Assembly: GCA_965541615.1 (NCBI GenBank)
Contig: CBEUCJ010000005.1
Location: 46,251 to 110,250 of the forward strand
Length of the DNA stretch: 64,000 nt
Source of the DNA: an uncultured bacterium
GTDB taxonomy: Bacteria; Omnitrophota; Gorgyraeia; Duberdicusellales; CBEUCJ01
Direction of reading: 5' to 3'
The first letter of the stretch is position 1; the number at the start of each line of letters is the position of its first letter. The notes beneath the pieces were generated by a model that worked only from the letters and a program-made list of their open reading frames with translations, had not been told where the DNA came from and made no database searches. Of the stretch, positions 17,969 to 30,784 are shown one piece after another. A program made the translations under genes and the position numbers.

Positions 17969-18880
17969 TTAAACGTTTAAATCAAAACCTCTTTTCAAAC
18001 CTATCAGCTTTGCATAGTCAATCACTTCTTTATATTCAGATAAAGTTATTCTTCTAGATAATTCTTTAAACTCATAAGCTTTATAACAGGGTCTGTATTG
18101 AGCCATAATGTTTACATAAGTATTTAAAGAAAGTTCTTTGGCTATAAAATCTAAGATTTCAAAAGACCCTGCTAAATTGTTAGGTAAAACTAAATGTCTC
18201 ACAATCAAACCTTTTTTGGCTATACCATCTTCACAGACTAAATCTCCTACTTGGGAATGCATCTCTTTTAAAACTTCTTTTAAAATTTGCCAGTAATCTG
18301 GAGCCAAAGAATATTTTTCAGCACTCTCTTTTTTAGAATACTTTGCATCTGGCATGTAAATATCTATTACTCCTCTCAATATTTTTATCACCTCTACATT
18401 CTCATAACCTCCACAGTTATAAACTAAAGGTATTTTTAATCCTTTCTGAATTGCAATCTCTAAAGCTTCTAATATTTGAGGTGCTACATGAGTAGGAGTT
18501 ACAAAATTTATATTATGACAACCAAACTCCTGTAATCTTATCATGACCTCTGCTAATTCTTCAGGGTATAAGGTTTTGCCTTCTTCTAAACAACTTATCT
18601 CAAAATTTTGACAATAAACACATTTCAAATTACATCCAGAAAAGAATATTGTACCAGATCCTGAAACTCCTACTAACTCAGGTTCTTCTCCAAAATGGGC
18701 AAATGCTGAACTCACTTTAGCAAATCTTCCTATACCACAAAAACCTTTTTCATCTTTTAATCTATTTACTTTACATCTACGAGGACAGAGTTGGCAACTC
18801 TCTAACATCTTTAAGAGTCGTTCTTTTTTCTTTTTCAATTCTGAATTTTGATATAATTTTAAATAGGAAGGCTCAAACAA
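17969..18880 (-). CDS. Radical SAM protein, PflX family
   Basis: CQLCPRRC, HFGEEP, GSGTIFFSGCNLKCVYCQN, VRHLVLP. Confidence 0.88.
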   Translation of the reverse strand: MFEPSYLKLYQNSELKKKKERLLKMLESCQLCPRRCKVNRLKDEKGFCGIGRFAKVSSAFAHFGEEPELVGVSGSGTIFFSGCNLKCVYCQNFEISCLEEGKTLYPEELAEVMIRLQEFGCHNINFVTPTHVAPQILEALEIAIQKGLKIPLVYNCGGYENVEVIKILRGVIDIYMPDAKYSKKESAEKYSLAPDYWQILKEVLKEMHSQVGDLVCEDGIAKKGLIVRHLVLPNNLAGSFEILDFIAKELSLNTYVNIMAQYRPCYKAYEFKELSRRITLSEYKEVIDYAKLIGLKRGFDLNV

Positions 18881-19403
18881 GGTAAAATTTTTTTAAAGCT
18901 TCTTTCCACAAACCCTTTGACTTTAATATGAGTTCACACACTTCTCTTACTGCTCCTCTACCTCCTCTTTTTTTAGTGACATAATCTGCTATTTTTTTCA
19001 CTTCGTTACAAGCATCTTTAACAGCTACCCCTACACCTACTCTTTTGATTAACTCTAAATCTAACAGATCATCGCCTATAAAACAGATCTCAGAATCTTT
19101 CACTCTGTATTTTTTCTTAATCTCTTCATAAAATTTTGTTTTAGGATAAGCTTCTGCGTAGACTTCTTCTACTCCCATATCTTGGGCTCTCCTCATTACA
19201 ACTTGAGAGTTATCTGCTGTCAAGATTATACTTTTTATACCCATTAATTTTAAAAGATAAACTCCTAAGCCATCTTTAACATTAAAAAATTTTATTTGTC
19301 TTCCTTCTGAATCATAAACCATTCTGCCATCCGTTAACACCCCATCTACATCTAAAATAAGTAATTTTATTCTTTTAAATTTTTCTTTTAATCTCTTATC
19401 CAT
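18873..19403 (-). CDS. kdsC: Kdo 8-phosphate phosphatase
   Basis: DVDGVLTDG, GDDLLD, GGRGAVRE. Confidence 0.94.
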   Translation of the reverse strand: MDKRLKEKFKRIKLLILDVDGVLTDGRMVYDSEGRQIKFFNVKDGLGVYLLKLMGIKSIILTADNSQVVMRRAQDMGVEEVYAEAYPKTKFYEEIKKKYRVKDSEICFIGDDLLDLELIKRVGVGVAVKDACNEVKKIADYVTKKRGGRGAVREVCELILKSKGLWKEALKKFYLV

Positions 19404-19406
19404 AAT

Positions 19407-20374
19407 TTACATTAAGCCAGCTTCCAATACATCTTGAACATCTAACATCCCTACTACCCTGTTTTTCTTATCTACTACTGGTAATTCATCTATTTTGTAT
19501 TCTTTTAAAATCTTTGCTGCTTGAAAAGCTAACATATTTTCTGAAACTTTTTTAGGATTCTTTGTCATTACTTCTTTTATCTCCTTATTTAAAATTTTAC
19601 TCCCTTTTTCTAAATGTCTTCTTAAATCACCATCTGTAAAAATCCCTACTAATTTATTATCTTTGTCTACGATTGAAACTGCTCCTGCTCTACAAGAAGT
19701 TATCTTCACCAAAGCTTCTTTTACTTTTGTATCCTGAGTTACTATGGGATTTTTTTCTCCTTTTCTCATAATGTCTTTTACTTTCAAAAGGAGTTTTTTA
19801 CCTAAAGCTCCTCCTGGATGGTAAAAAGCAAAGTCCTTCACTCTAAACCCTTTTAAGTTTTGTATTACTACTGATAGAGCATCACACAAAGCTAACATTG
19901 CTGTTGTAGAACTAGTAGGAGCCAAACCCAGTTTACAAGCTTCTCTTCTAACTGAAACGTCTAAGACTGCATTAGAATTTTTTGCCAAAAAAGATTCTTT
20001 CCTACCAGTAATAGCTATTATTTTAGAGCCTATTTTTTTTAGAAAGGGAAGTAAATTTTTAATTTCTGGAGTTTCTCCACTGTAAGATAGAATTACTGTT
20101 ACATCTTCTTTTTTTACTCTTCCTAAATCTCCATGGACTGCTTCTGCTGGATGTAACCACAAAGAAGGTGTGCCTAAAGAAGATAGAGTTGCTGAAAACT
20201 TTTGACCTATTATACCTGCCTTCCCCATGCCAGTTACTACTATCCTTCCTTTACAAGAATATATTAATCTTACAGACTTTATAAACTGAGCATCTAATCT
20301 TTCTATTAGTTCTTTTATAGCTTCAGATTCAATCTCTAAGACTTCTTTGGCCCAATCTAATATTTTTTTCTTAT

Positions 20375-20393
<19 letters not shown>
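19407..20393 (-). CDS. kdsD: Arabinose 5-phosphate isomerase (KpsF/GutQ; SIS plus 2 CBS domains)
   Basis: GMGKAG, EAVHGDLG, APTSST, HPGGALG, GIFTDGDLRR. Confidence 0.94.
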
Positions 20394-23526
<3,133 letters not shown>

Positions 23527-23527
<1 letters not shown>

Positions 23528-24510
23528 TAATCAGATATTATTCTTTCTTTTAATTCTTTGGGTGTAGGTGTGCTTACTCCCAATTTACTAACAACAATAC
23601 CTGCTGCAAAATTTGCTAATAGAGCTGATTCATAACTATTTAAACCAGATAAGATTCCTAATGTAAATAAAGCTATTACAGTATCACCTGCACCTGTTAC
23701 ATCAAAGACCTCCAAAGCCTTTGTAGGAATATGAAGGGGCAGTTTTCCCTTCTCATACAAAGCCATTCCCTCTTCTCCCAAAGTAATTAATACAGATTTT
23801 ATATTAAATTCCTCAGATAAAATTCTACCTGCTTTATCTAAATCTTGCTTACTTTTAATTTTTATACCTAAACCAGATTGAGCTTCTTTCTTATTGGGAG
23901 TGATGGCATCTAAATCTTTATAAAAACTAAAGTGATCTTCTTTGGGATCTACTGTTACAACCTTTTTGTATTTTTTGGCTATCTCTTTAACTCTTATAAG
24001 TAACTCTGGAGTAATCAATCCTTTTCCATAATCTTCAATGATTATACCTTCAAATTTATTTATATTCTTTATCAAAAATTCAGTTATTCTTTTTATTATT
24101 CTTCCATCTATAGGAGCGGGATCTTCTTTATCTACTCTTACTATCTGCTGATGAGAAGCTATTACTCTGGTCTTTAAAATAGTAGGTTTTTTGTTAGTCT
24201 CAATTAGGAAAGAATCAATCCTCTTTTTCTTTAATAATTTTTTTAAAACCTCTGCATGGATATCTTTTCCAACTATTCCGCATAATAAGACTCTTGCTCC
24301 CATAACTTTAATATTGTTAGCTACGTTAGAAGCTCCTCCTAAAAGGTATTCTTCAGACTTTAACCAGACTACAGGGACAGGGGCTTCTGGACTGAGTCTT
24401 TCTGCAGAGCCAAAGATATAATGGTCTAAAATAACATCACCGATTACTAATACTTTTCTATATTTAAAATTATCTATTGCTCTTAACAGTTTTCTTTTTG
24501 AAAATTCCAT
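23527..24510 (-). CDS. rfaE1: D-glycero-beta-D-manno-heptose-7-phosphate kinase (stand-alone RfaE domain I)
   Basis: RLSPEAPVPV, GGASNVA, DYGKG, DVTGAGDT; no adenylyltransferase domain. Confidence 0.92.
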
Positions 24511-24574
24511 AAAAAGCTAAGTAAGGAAGATTTTAAAAGCTTTTAAAAAATTGTTCTCAAATAAAATTAAATAA

Positions 24575-24602
24575 ATTATACTACTACTCTTAAACATTGC
24601 AA
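24575..24602 (-). promoter_or_regulatory. Promoter for the rfaE1-kdsB-pyrG-kdsA operon
   Basis: TTGCAA-16-TATAAT. Confidence 0.55.
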
Positions 24603-24618
24603 AAATATTTCTTTTTTA

Positions 24619-25692
24619 TTATTTTGTAGGAAGAATCTCCAATAAAGCTTTAAAGACCTCATCTACAGTTATAGATTCTAAACACAAAAACCCTTTTTTA
24701 CAATTGTGTGCTAAGCACTCTTTACACCCCACATCTTTATGTAAAATTTTATGCCCTTCTCCAAAAGGAGCCCATCTTTTAGGTCCTAAGCCTGGCTGGT
24801 TTCTACCAAAAATAACTACACATTTTTTACCTAAAGCATTAGCTATATGAACAGGTCCTGAATCACAAGAAACAAACACAGTTATTCTTTTTAATAGAGA
24901 GATCAAATCTGCCAAACTCAACATTCCACACAAGTTTATGATCTTATACTTGATATTCTTCTCTATAAATTCACAAATATCTATTCTATCTTTACTGCCT
25001 ATTAATATTACTTTGGCTTTTAAATTCTCAATTAAAAGTTCTATTAATTCTTTAAACTTTTGAGGTCTCCATATCTTAGAAGGACAAGATGCTGTAGGAT
25101 TAATGCATATAATTAAATCCTTTTCTTTTATTCCTAATTCTTTAAAAAGATTCTCTATTCTCTCTTCAGATTCTCTTTTAATTGGCAAATAAAATTCTAT
25201 TTCCTCTTTTTTTTTGTACTCTATTCCTAAAACTTTTAAAAAATCTAAATTGTATTCTAACTCATGTTTTAAACCTAAATGTTTTAAATGAGGGATCTTT
25301 ATATTATTTAAAAAACCCATCTTAATATCATAACCTATCCTTACAGGAATCTTAGCAAAAAAACACAATAAATGGCATCTGTTAGTAGGATGTAAGATTA
25401 GAGCTAAATCAAACTTTCTTTTTTTTAATTCTCTTAAAAATCTCAAAGATCCTCTAAAACTTTTATGTTCTCCATACTTATCATAAATTAAGACTTCATT
25501 TAAATAGGGATTACCTATCAGTAAATCTTTCGTATAAGGTCTTACCATAAAAGCTATATAACTTTGAGGAAAATTTTTTCTTAGAATTTTAATTAAAGGG
25601 ACTGAGAGCACTACATCTCCTATTCTATCTGTGCGAGTAATCAATATCCTTAAATCTTTTTTTAATCTAAGATTTCTAAGAATTTTTCCCAT
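24619..25692 (-). CDS. GT9 LPS heptosyltransferase-family protein
   Basis: RTDRIGDVVL, DSGPVHIA, IFG motif, C-terminal Cys cluster; start uncertain (ORF track 25722). Confidence 0.88.
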   Translation of the reverse strand: MGKILRNLRLKKDLRILITRTDRIGDVVLSVPLIKILRKNFPQSYIAFMVRPYTKDLLIGNPYLNEVLIYDKYGEHKSFRGSLRFLRELKKRKFDLALILHPTNRCHLLCFFAKIPVRIGYDIKMGFLNNIKIPHLKHLGLKHELEYNLDFLKVLGIEYKKKEEIEFYLPIKRESEERIENLFKELGIKEKDLIICINPTASCPSKIWRPQKFKELIELLIENLKAKVILIGSKDRIDICEFIEKNIKYKIINLCGMLSLADLISLLKRITVFVSCDSGPVHIANALGKKCVVIFGRNQPGLGPKRWAPFGEGHKILHKDVGCKECLAHNCKKGFLCLESITVDEVFKALLEILPTK

Positions 25693-26612
25693 ACTTTTTG
25701 AGGCTCCAGAAGTCTCATACATTCATGACAAAACTTACATACAGCTTTTTGACAAGGTCTGCATTTTAAATTTTCTTTAAAAACGGCTCTACTTTTCTCA
25801 GACCATGGACCATACTTTTTTTCTGAAGTCGGTCCAAAAATCCCTAAAGTGGGAATATTTAAATAACTAGATAAATGCATTATAAAACTATCACAACTGA
25901 TAACTGCTTTTGCATATTTTTCAAAAAGATAGATTAAATCTTGGGGTTTAGTCTTTGCACACAGATCTATAAAAGAAAGATTAAATCTTTCTTTTATAAA
26001 TTCTGAAAACTCTCTATCAAAACTATCTCCTACACTAACAGATATGAATCCTTTTTCTTTTATTTTTTTTATTAAAAAACTAAACCCTTCTGGAGTATAT
26101 CTTTTTAAATGAGATCTTGCTCCTATCCCTAAAAATATGACCTTCTCTTTAGGATTACTAATATTCAACAAACTATCTAGATATTCTTTTCTTTCTGGTG
26201 GTATCCCAAATTTTAAAACCCTTCTTTTTTCTTCAAAATCTCCTATAGTTTTTTTTAGAACCAATAAGTGCCTCTCTTTTCTATGGATGTTTTTTGGTAA
26301 ATTTAAAAACAAAGGAGTAGATACTTTCTTTTTTAAAAATAAAGGTAAACCTGAATTCTTAAAGTCAATTATAAAATCGAAATAAAATTTTCTTAGATAC
26401 TTTATAAGATCCAATTTCTCTCTTAAATTAGCTCTCTTATTAAATACTATTAATTCTGTAATGTTTTTACAGGATTTTAAAAATTCAAAAGTCTTATTGC
26501 TACATATAACTTTGAGATCTAAATCTTTGTATTTGGCAACAAAAGAATCTATTGCAGGAAGACTCAAGACTAAATCTCCTAAATTAGAAAGAGTAATAAT
26601 GAGTGCGTTCAT
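25662..26612 (-). CDS. GT9 LPS glycosyltransferase
   Basis: LSNLGDLVL, DSFIMHL, IFGPT, CRPC. Confidence 0.87.
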   Translation of the reverse strand: MNALIITLSNLGDLVLSLPAIDSFVAKYKDLDLKVICSNKTFEFLKSCKNITELIVFNKRANLREKLDLIKYLRKFYFDFIIDFKNSGLPLFLKKKVSTPLFLNLPKNIHRKERHLLVLKKTIGDFEEKRRVLKFGIPPERKEYLDSLLNISNPKEKVIFLGIGARSHLKRYTPEGFSFLIKKIKEKGFISVSVGDSFDREFSEFIKERFNLSFIDLCAKTKPQDLIYLFEKYAKAVISCDSFIMHLSSYLNIPTLGIFGPTSEKKYGPWSEKSRAVFKENLKCRPCQKAVCKFCHECMRLLEPQKVWEKFLEILD

Positions 26613-27628
26613 TTTGATTCTAAGAGATACAATACTTTCTCAAAGACCTCAAAAGGTTTTATACTCCTCATACAGATATAATTTTTTTTGCAAACTTTCT
26701 CATAACAAGGAACTCTGCATCCTACATCTTTGAATATAATTACTCCTTTTGCTTTAGCTCTTACACCTGTAATTTGAGGAGATGTAGGTCCATATAGACC
26801 TATGTATTTTGTACCTTGAGTTGCACCTAAATGTAAAGGTCCAGAATCACCAGAAATTATTAAATCAAATTTTTGATAGAGAGCTGCTAACTCTAACAAA
26901 GATGTTTTTCCTACTAAATTTATTAAAGGGAATTTAGAGAGATTTATTAAATTCTTAGCTAAGTCCAAATCAGACTTTGCTCCTGTAATGAAAATCTTTA
27001 TTTTTTTAAAATGGGTATATAAAAGCCTGATTAATTCTGCAAAATACTCTAAAGGCCATCTTTTAGGTTCCCAGTTTGCTCCCAGATGCAAACCTATTAA
27101 AATCTCATCTTTTTCTACATTGCTTTCTTTTAAAATTCTAGAGGCTTTTTCTTTTTCTTTATCAGAAACGAATACCTCACATTCTCTTTTGGTAACTTTT
27201 AAGCCCAACTTTTCTAAAATGTAAAGATAGTAATCTTGTTTGTGAAGAGTATTTGAAGGTGGGGGTATTTTTTTAGTTAGAATAAAAGCTCTTTTTTTAG
27301 TAATAAAGCCTACTCTCTCTTTTATACCTGCCAAATAACAGATTAGAGCTCTTGTAAAAGACCTATGCAAAAGAATAGCTAAATCATACTTCTTTTTTCT
27401 AAGTTCTTTTATAAATCTTATTTTCTTTAAAAGACTTTTGTGTTCAGCTCTTTCATTAAATTCTAAAACCTCATCTACAAATGGAGAATGTTTTAAAAGC
27501 TCTGAACACCTTTTAGGCAAAATACACCCTACATAACAGTTTTTAAAATTTTCTTTTAATGTTCTAAATACTGGTGTTGAAAAGATAACATCTCCTATCC
27601 AATTTACATTAAAGACTACGATCTTCAT
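26609..27628 (-). CDS. waaF: LPS heptosyltransferase II-like (GT9)
   Basis: NWIGDVIF, KRWP, DSGPLHL, LYGPT. Confidence 0.8.
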   Translation of the reverse strand: MKIVVFNVNWIGDVIFSTPVFRTLKENFKNCYVGCILPKRCSELLKHSPFVDEVLEFNERAEHKSLLKKIRFIKELRKKKYDLAILLHRSFTRALICYLAGIKERVGFITKKRAFILTKKIPPPSNTLHKQDYYLYILEKLGLKVTKRECEVFVSDKEKEKASRILKESNVEKDEILIGLHLGANWEPKRWPLEYFAELIRLLYTHFKKIKIFITGAKSDLDLAKNLINLSKFPLINLVGKTSLLELAALYQKFDLIISGDSGPLHLGATQGTKYIGLYGPTSPQITGVRAKAKGVIIFKDVGCRVPCYEKVCKKNYICMRSIKPFEVFEKVLYLLESK

Positions 27629-27633
27629 AAAAA

Positions 27634-28719
27634 TTAATCTTTTAGAACTTCTCTATAGACTTTTATAAATTCAGAAATCTTTTTTGAAAAATCAAAATTT
27701 TCTCTTACGAACTTTTGAGCCTCTATAGACATACTTTCTTTTAAATCTTTGTTACTTAAAATGAAATCTATAGCTTCAAAAATCTTTTCTGCACAGGCAG
27801 GTTCTACAACCTGGCCTGTAATTTTATCTTTTACCAAGTATTTTAAACCTCCTACTTTAGAGACTACACAAGGCACTCCTAAACTCTGAGCTTCTAACAC
27901 AGCTAATCCAAAAGGTTCTTCTATTGAAGGATAACAGAATACATCTAAACTTTTTAAAAATCTTTTTACATCTAATCCTTTTAAAATCTCAAAATTTTTT
28001 TGTATATTTAATTGAGAAGCTAAATTTAAAAGTCTTGATTCATCTTTGCCTTCTCCTAATAGATAGAGTTTAGCTGAAGGGTATTTATCTAAAAGCAACT
28101 TAAATCCTTTTAAAAGATACTCATATCCTTTAACTCTTGAAAGCCTTCCACAACTACCGATTTTTGGGTCTCCTTCTAATTCTAAAGGCTGAACATTATG
28201 AGGAGAAAATTCTTCTAAATCTATACCATTAACTATAACTTTTATTCTTTCTTTTCTAACTTTAAAAAATCTTATTAATTCATCTTTTGTCTGGGGAGTA
28301 ATAGCAATGGCTATTCTGCCTGCACATTTAAAAATCTTTCTAAAAATTTTTCTCTTATTTTTTTCATAAAATCCATGAAAAGTAGTAACGTGAGGAGTGT
28401 TAAAAAAAATCATAAAGTTTTGTGCTATAAATTGAGTTAACCTTGTATGAGAATGAATCAGATCAAAATTAAATTCTTTTTTCTTAATTTTGAGAAGTTT
28501 AAATAAACATAAAAGAGATTTAAAAGAGAGTTCATTTTTAGTAGTTAAAGGTAACTTAAATATCTTTGCTCCTAATTTTTCAAACTTTTTTTCTTCTGAA
28601 CCTCCTCTGGAAGCTACCCCTACCTCTATTCCTTCTTTTAAAAGATATTTACTTAAAGTATAAATGTATCTGGTTATCCCTCCTATGTTAAGATGATTTG
28701 TTAGTTGGAGTATCTTCAT
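27634..28719 (-). CDS. GT4 glycosyltransferase
   Basis: GGITRY, NGID, EPFGLAVLEA (ExFGxxxxEA). Confidence 0.9.
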   Translation of the reverse strand: MKILQLTNHLNIGGITRYIYTLSKYLLKEGIEVGVASRGGSEEKKFEKLGAKIFKLPLTTKNELSFKSLLCLFKLLKIKKKEFNFDLIHSHTRLTQFIAQNFMIFFNTPHVTTFHGFYEKNKRKIFRKIFKCAGRIAIAITPQTKDELIRFFKVRKERIKVIVNGIDLEEFSPHNVQPLELEGDPKIGSCGRLSRVKGYEYLLKGFKLLLDKYPSAKLYLLGEGKDESRLLNLASQLNIQKNFEILKGLDVKRFLKSLDVFCYPSIEEPFGLAVLEAQSLGVPCVVSKVGGLKYLVKDKITGQVVEPACAEKIFEAIDFILSNKDLKESMSIEAQKFVRENFDFSKKISEFIKVYREVLKD

Positions 28720-30784
28720 CTTTTAAGATTTCTAAGACTGCTTTTAGAAGTCTTTTGGGGTCTATTTCTGTGCATTTTAAAGTCTTACATTTCTTCTTAT
28801 AGCATCCTAAACACTTAAGATTTCTTTTGATAACATAACAATTTTTAGAAGGAGGTAAGTGCTTTTCAGGTAAAGTTGGACCAAATATAGCAATTACTTT
28901 CTTATTCAAACTGAGTGCTATATGTAAAGGAGCTGAATCCAAAGTTACATAAAGAGGCAAAAGTTTTATTATTCCTATCAATTCTCTTAAATCGGTCTTT
29001 CCACATAAATTTATAACTTTTTTACCCAAAGAAGCTTCCAAAAAATTAGCTAAATCTAAGTGATCAGATGTACCTGTTAAAACACTTAAGAAACCTTCTT
29101 TAGAAAGTAAATTTATAAACTCTAAGAGTGTTTTTCTGTTCCATCTTTTCGTCTGCCATTTGCTTGAACCACCTAAATTTATTCCTATCAGCTTTTCAAA
29201 AGAAATCTGAGTATATCTTCTTAAAAAGTGTTCAGCTTTTTTTATGTCTTGTTCTGAGACTTTTAATTCTAAACTTTCATCTTCTAATTCTATTCCTATT
29301 TTTTCTAAAAGATACTTTTGATGCTTTATAGGAGAAAGGAGTTTTAAAGGTGGTTTTATTCTGAAATTTAATAAAAATCCCAATTTTCTATCATATCCAT
29401 ATCTTTTCTTTACTCCTCCTAAAAAAGCTAAAATATGAGTTTTTTTTGAATTCTGTAAATCTATACTCATATCAAAACTTATTAATCTTATTTTTTCAGT
29501 AATCTCCCATATATATTTGGGAGAGTTCAATTTTTCTTCATCTACTATTAAAAAATCATCTATGTAAGGAGAATCTTTCAAAATTAAAAAACCTTTCTTT
29601 CCAGTTAATAAAAAAATCTTAGCAGATTTAAATTTCTTTCTAATAGCTCTTAATGAAGGTACACTCAAAATTATATCTCCTAAAGCAGATATCTTTATAA
29701 TTAAAATCCTCTGAACAGATTTAGCTTGTTGGTATACTTCTAAAGTTTTTTTTGCCATATTCTCTATAGTGAACTTACTTTCTACAAACCTTCTTGCATT
29801 TAAAGCTATCTCTTGACATTTTTGAGGATTTCTTATTAAGTAAATTATTTTCTGAGCTAAGGTATCAGTATCTTTTGGAGGGACTAATAAACCTGTGACT
29901 CCATCTTCTATTAAGTCTTTTATTCCTCCTACACTAAAAGCAATAACAGGGACACCTGAACTTTGAGCTTCGATTACTACTCTTCCAAAAGCTTCTTCAC
30001 ATATACTAGGGACTACTACTAGATGAGTATCTTTTAAAATTTGCCAGATATCTGTTCTTTTTCCTAAAAATTTAACATAATTACTCAAAGAGAGTCTTCT
30101 GGTCAGCATCTTTAACTCTTCTTCATAATTTTTTTTACCTGCTCCTACAATTTGAGCTTCTATGAAAGGAAAGCTCCTTACTACTTTTGTTAAAGATTTT
30201 AAAAAATATTTATGTCCTTTTAGGGGAGTAAGTCTTCCTATGACTGAAATTATAAATTTATCTTTCCTCTTCTCTTTAAAAGGATAAAACTTAAATTTAT
30301 CTAAATCTACACTCCTCTCAATGACTCTTATTTTAAAAGGAGGTGTACCAAAATCTTCTATCATATGGGAAGCTATTATTTGAGAAGGACATATAACAAA
30401 CTTTGCCCATCCCATTATCCTGCTGAAAATATTTGTTGAATAGTATCCATGGCATGTACTTACTAAAGGAACCTGTGTTTTTTGAGCTACAAGATACCCT
30501 ATCAAACCTGGGATTCTACTTCTGACATGGATTATTTCTATATTTTCTTTCAAAACTATAGAAATTATTTTTTTATAACAGTAAAGTATAGTGAACAGAT
30601 TTTTTTTATGGACAGGCAAAGTATAGTGAATAGCATTATGAGATTTTAATTCCTTAACCAAACTACCTCCTCCAGAGATTACTACAGATTTATTACCACT
30701 TAATACCAGAAACTTAGAAAAATCTATTACTCCTCTTTCTACTCCTCCTAATTCTAACTTAGGTACAATTTGCAGAACATTCAT
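28688..30784 (-). CDS. Fused GT4 + GT9 glycosyltransferase
   Basis: N-half GGVERG...EAFGRVVIEA (GT4); C-half KISALGDIIL...DSAPLHIA...IFGPT (GT9); one 698-aa frame. Confidence 0.88.
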   Translation of the reverse strand: MNVLQIVPKLELGGVERGVIDFSKFLVLSGNKSVVISGGGSLVKELKSHNAIHYTLPVHKKNLFTILYCYKKIISIVLKENIEIIHVRSRIPGLIGYLVAQKTQVPLVSTCHGYYSTNIFSRIMGWAKFVICPSQIIASHMIEDFGTPPFKIRVIERSVDLDKFKFYPFKEKRKDKFIISVIGRLTPLKGHKYFLKSLTKVVRSFPFIEAQIVGAGKKNYEEELKMLTRRLSLSNYVKFLGKRTDIWQILKDTHLVVVPSICEEAFGRVVIEAQSSGVPVIAFSVGGIKDLIEDGVTGLLVPPKDTDTLAQKIIYLIRNPQKCQEIALNARRFVESKFTIENMAKKTLEVYQQAKSVQRILIIKISALGDIILSVPSLRAIRKKFKSAKIFLLTGKKGFLILKDSPYIDDFLIVDEEKLNSPKYIWEITEKIRLISFDMSIDLQNSKKTHILAFLGGVKKRYGYDRKLGFLLNFRIKPPLKLLSPIKHQKYLLEKIGIELEDESLELKVSEQDIKKAEHFLRRYTQISFEKLIGINLGGSSKWQTKRWNRKTLLEFINLLSKEGFLSVLTGTSDHLDLANFLEASLGKKVINLCGKTDLRELIGIIKLLPLYVTLDSAPLHIALSLNKKVIAIFGPTLPEKHLPPSKNCYVIKRNLKCLGCYKKKCKTLKCTEIDPKRLLKAVLEILKDEDTPTNKSS

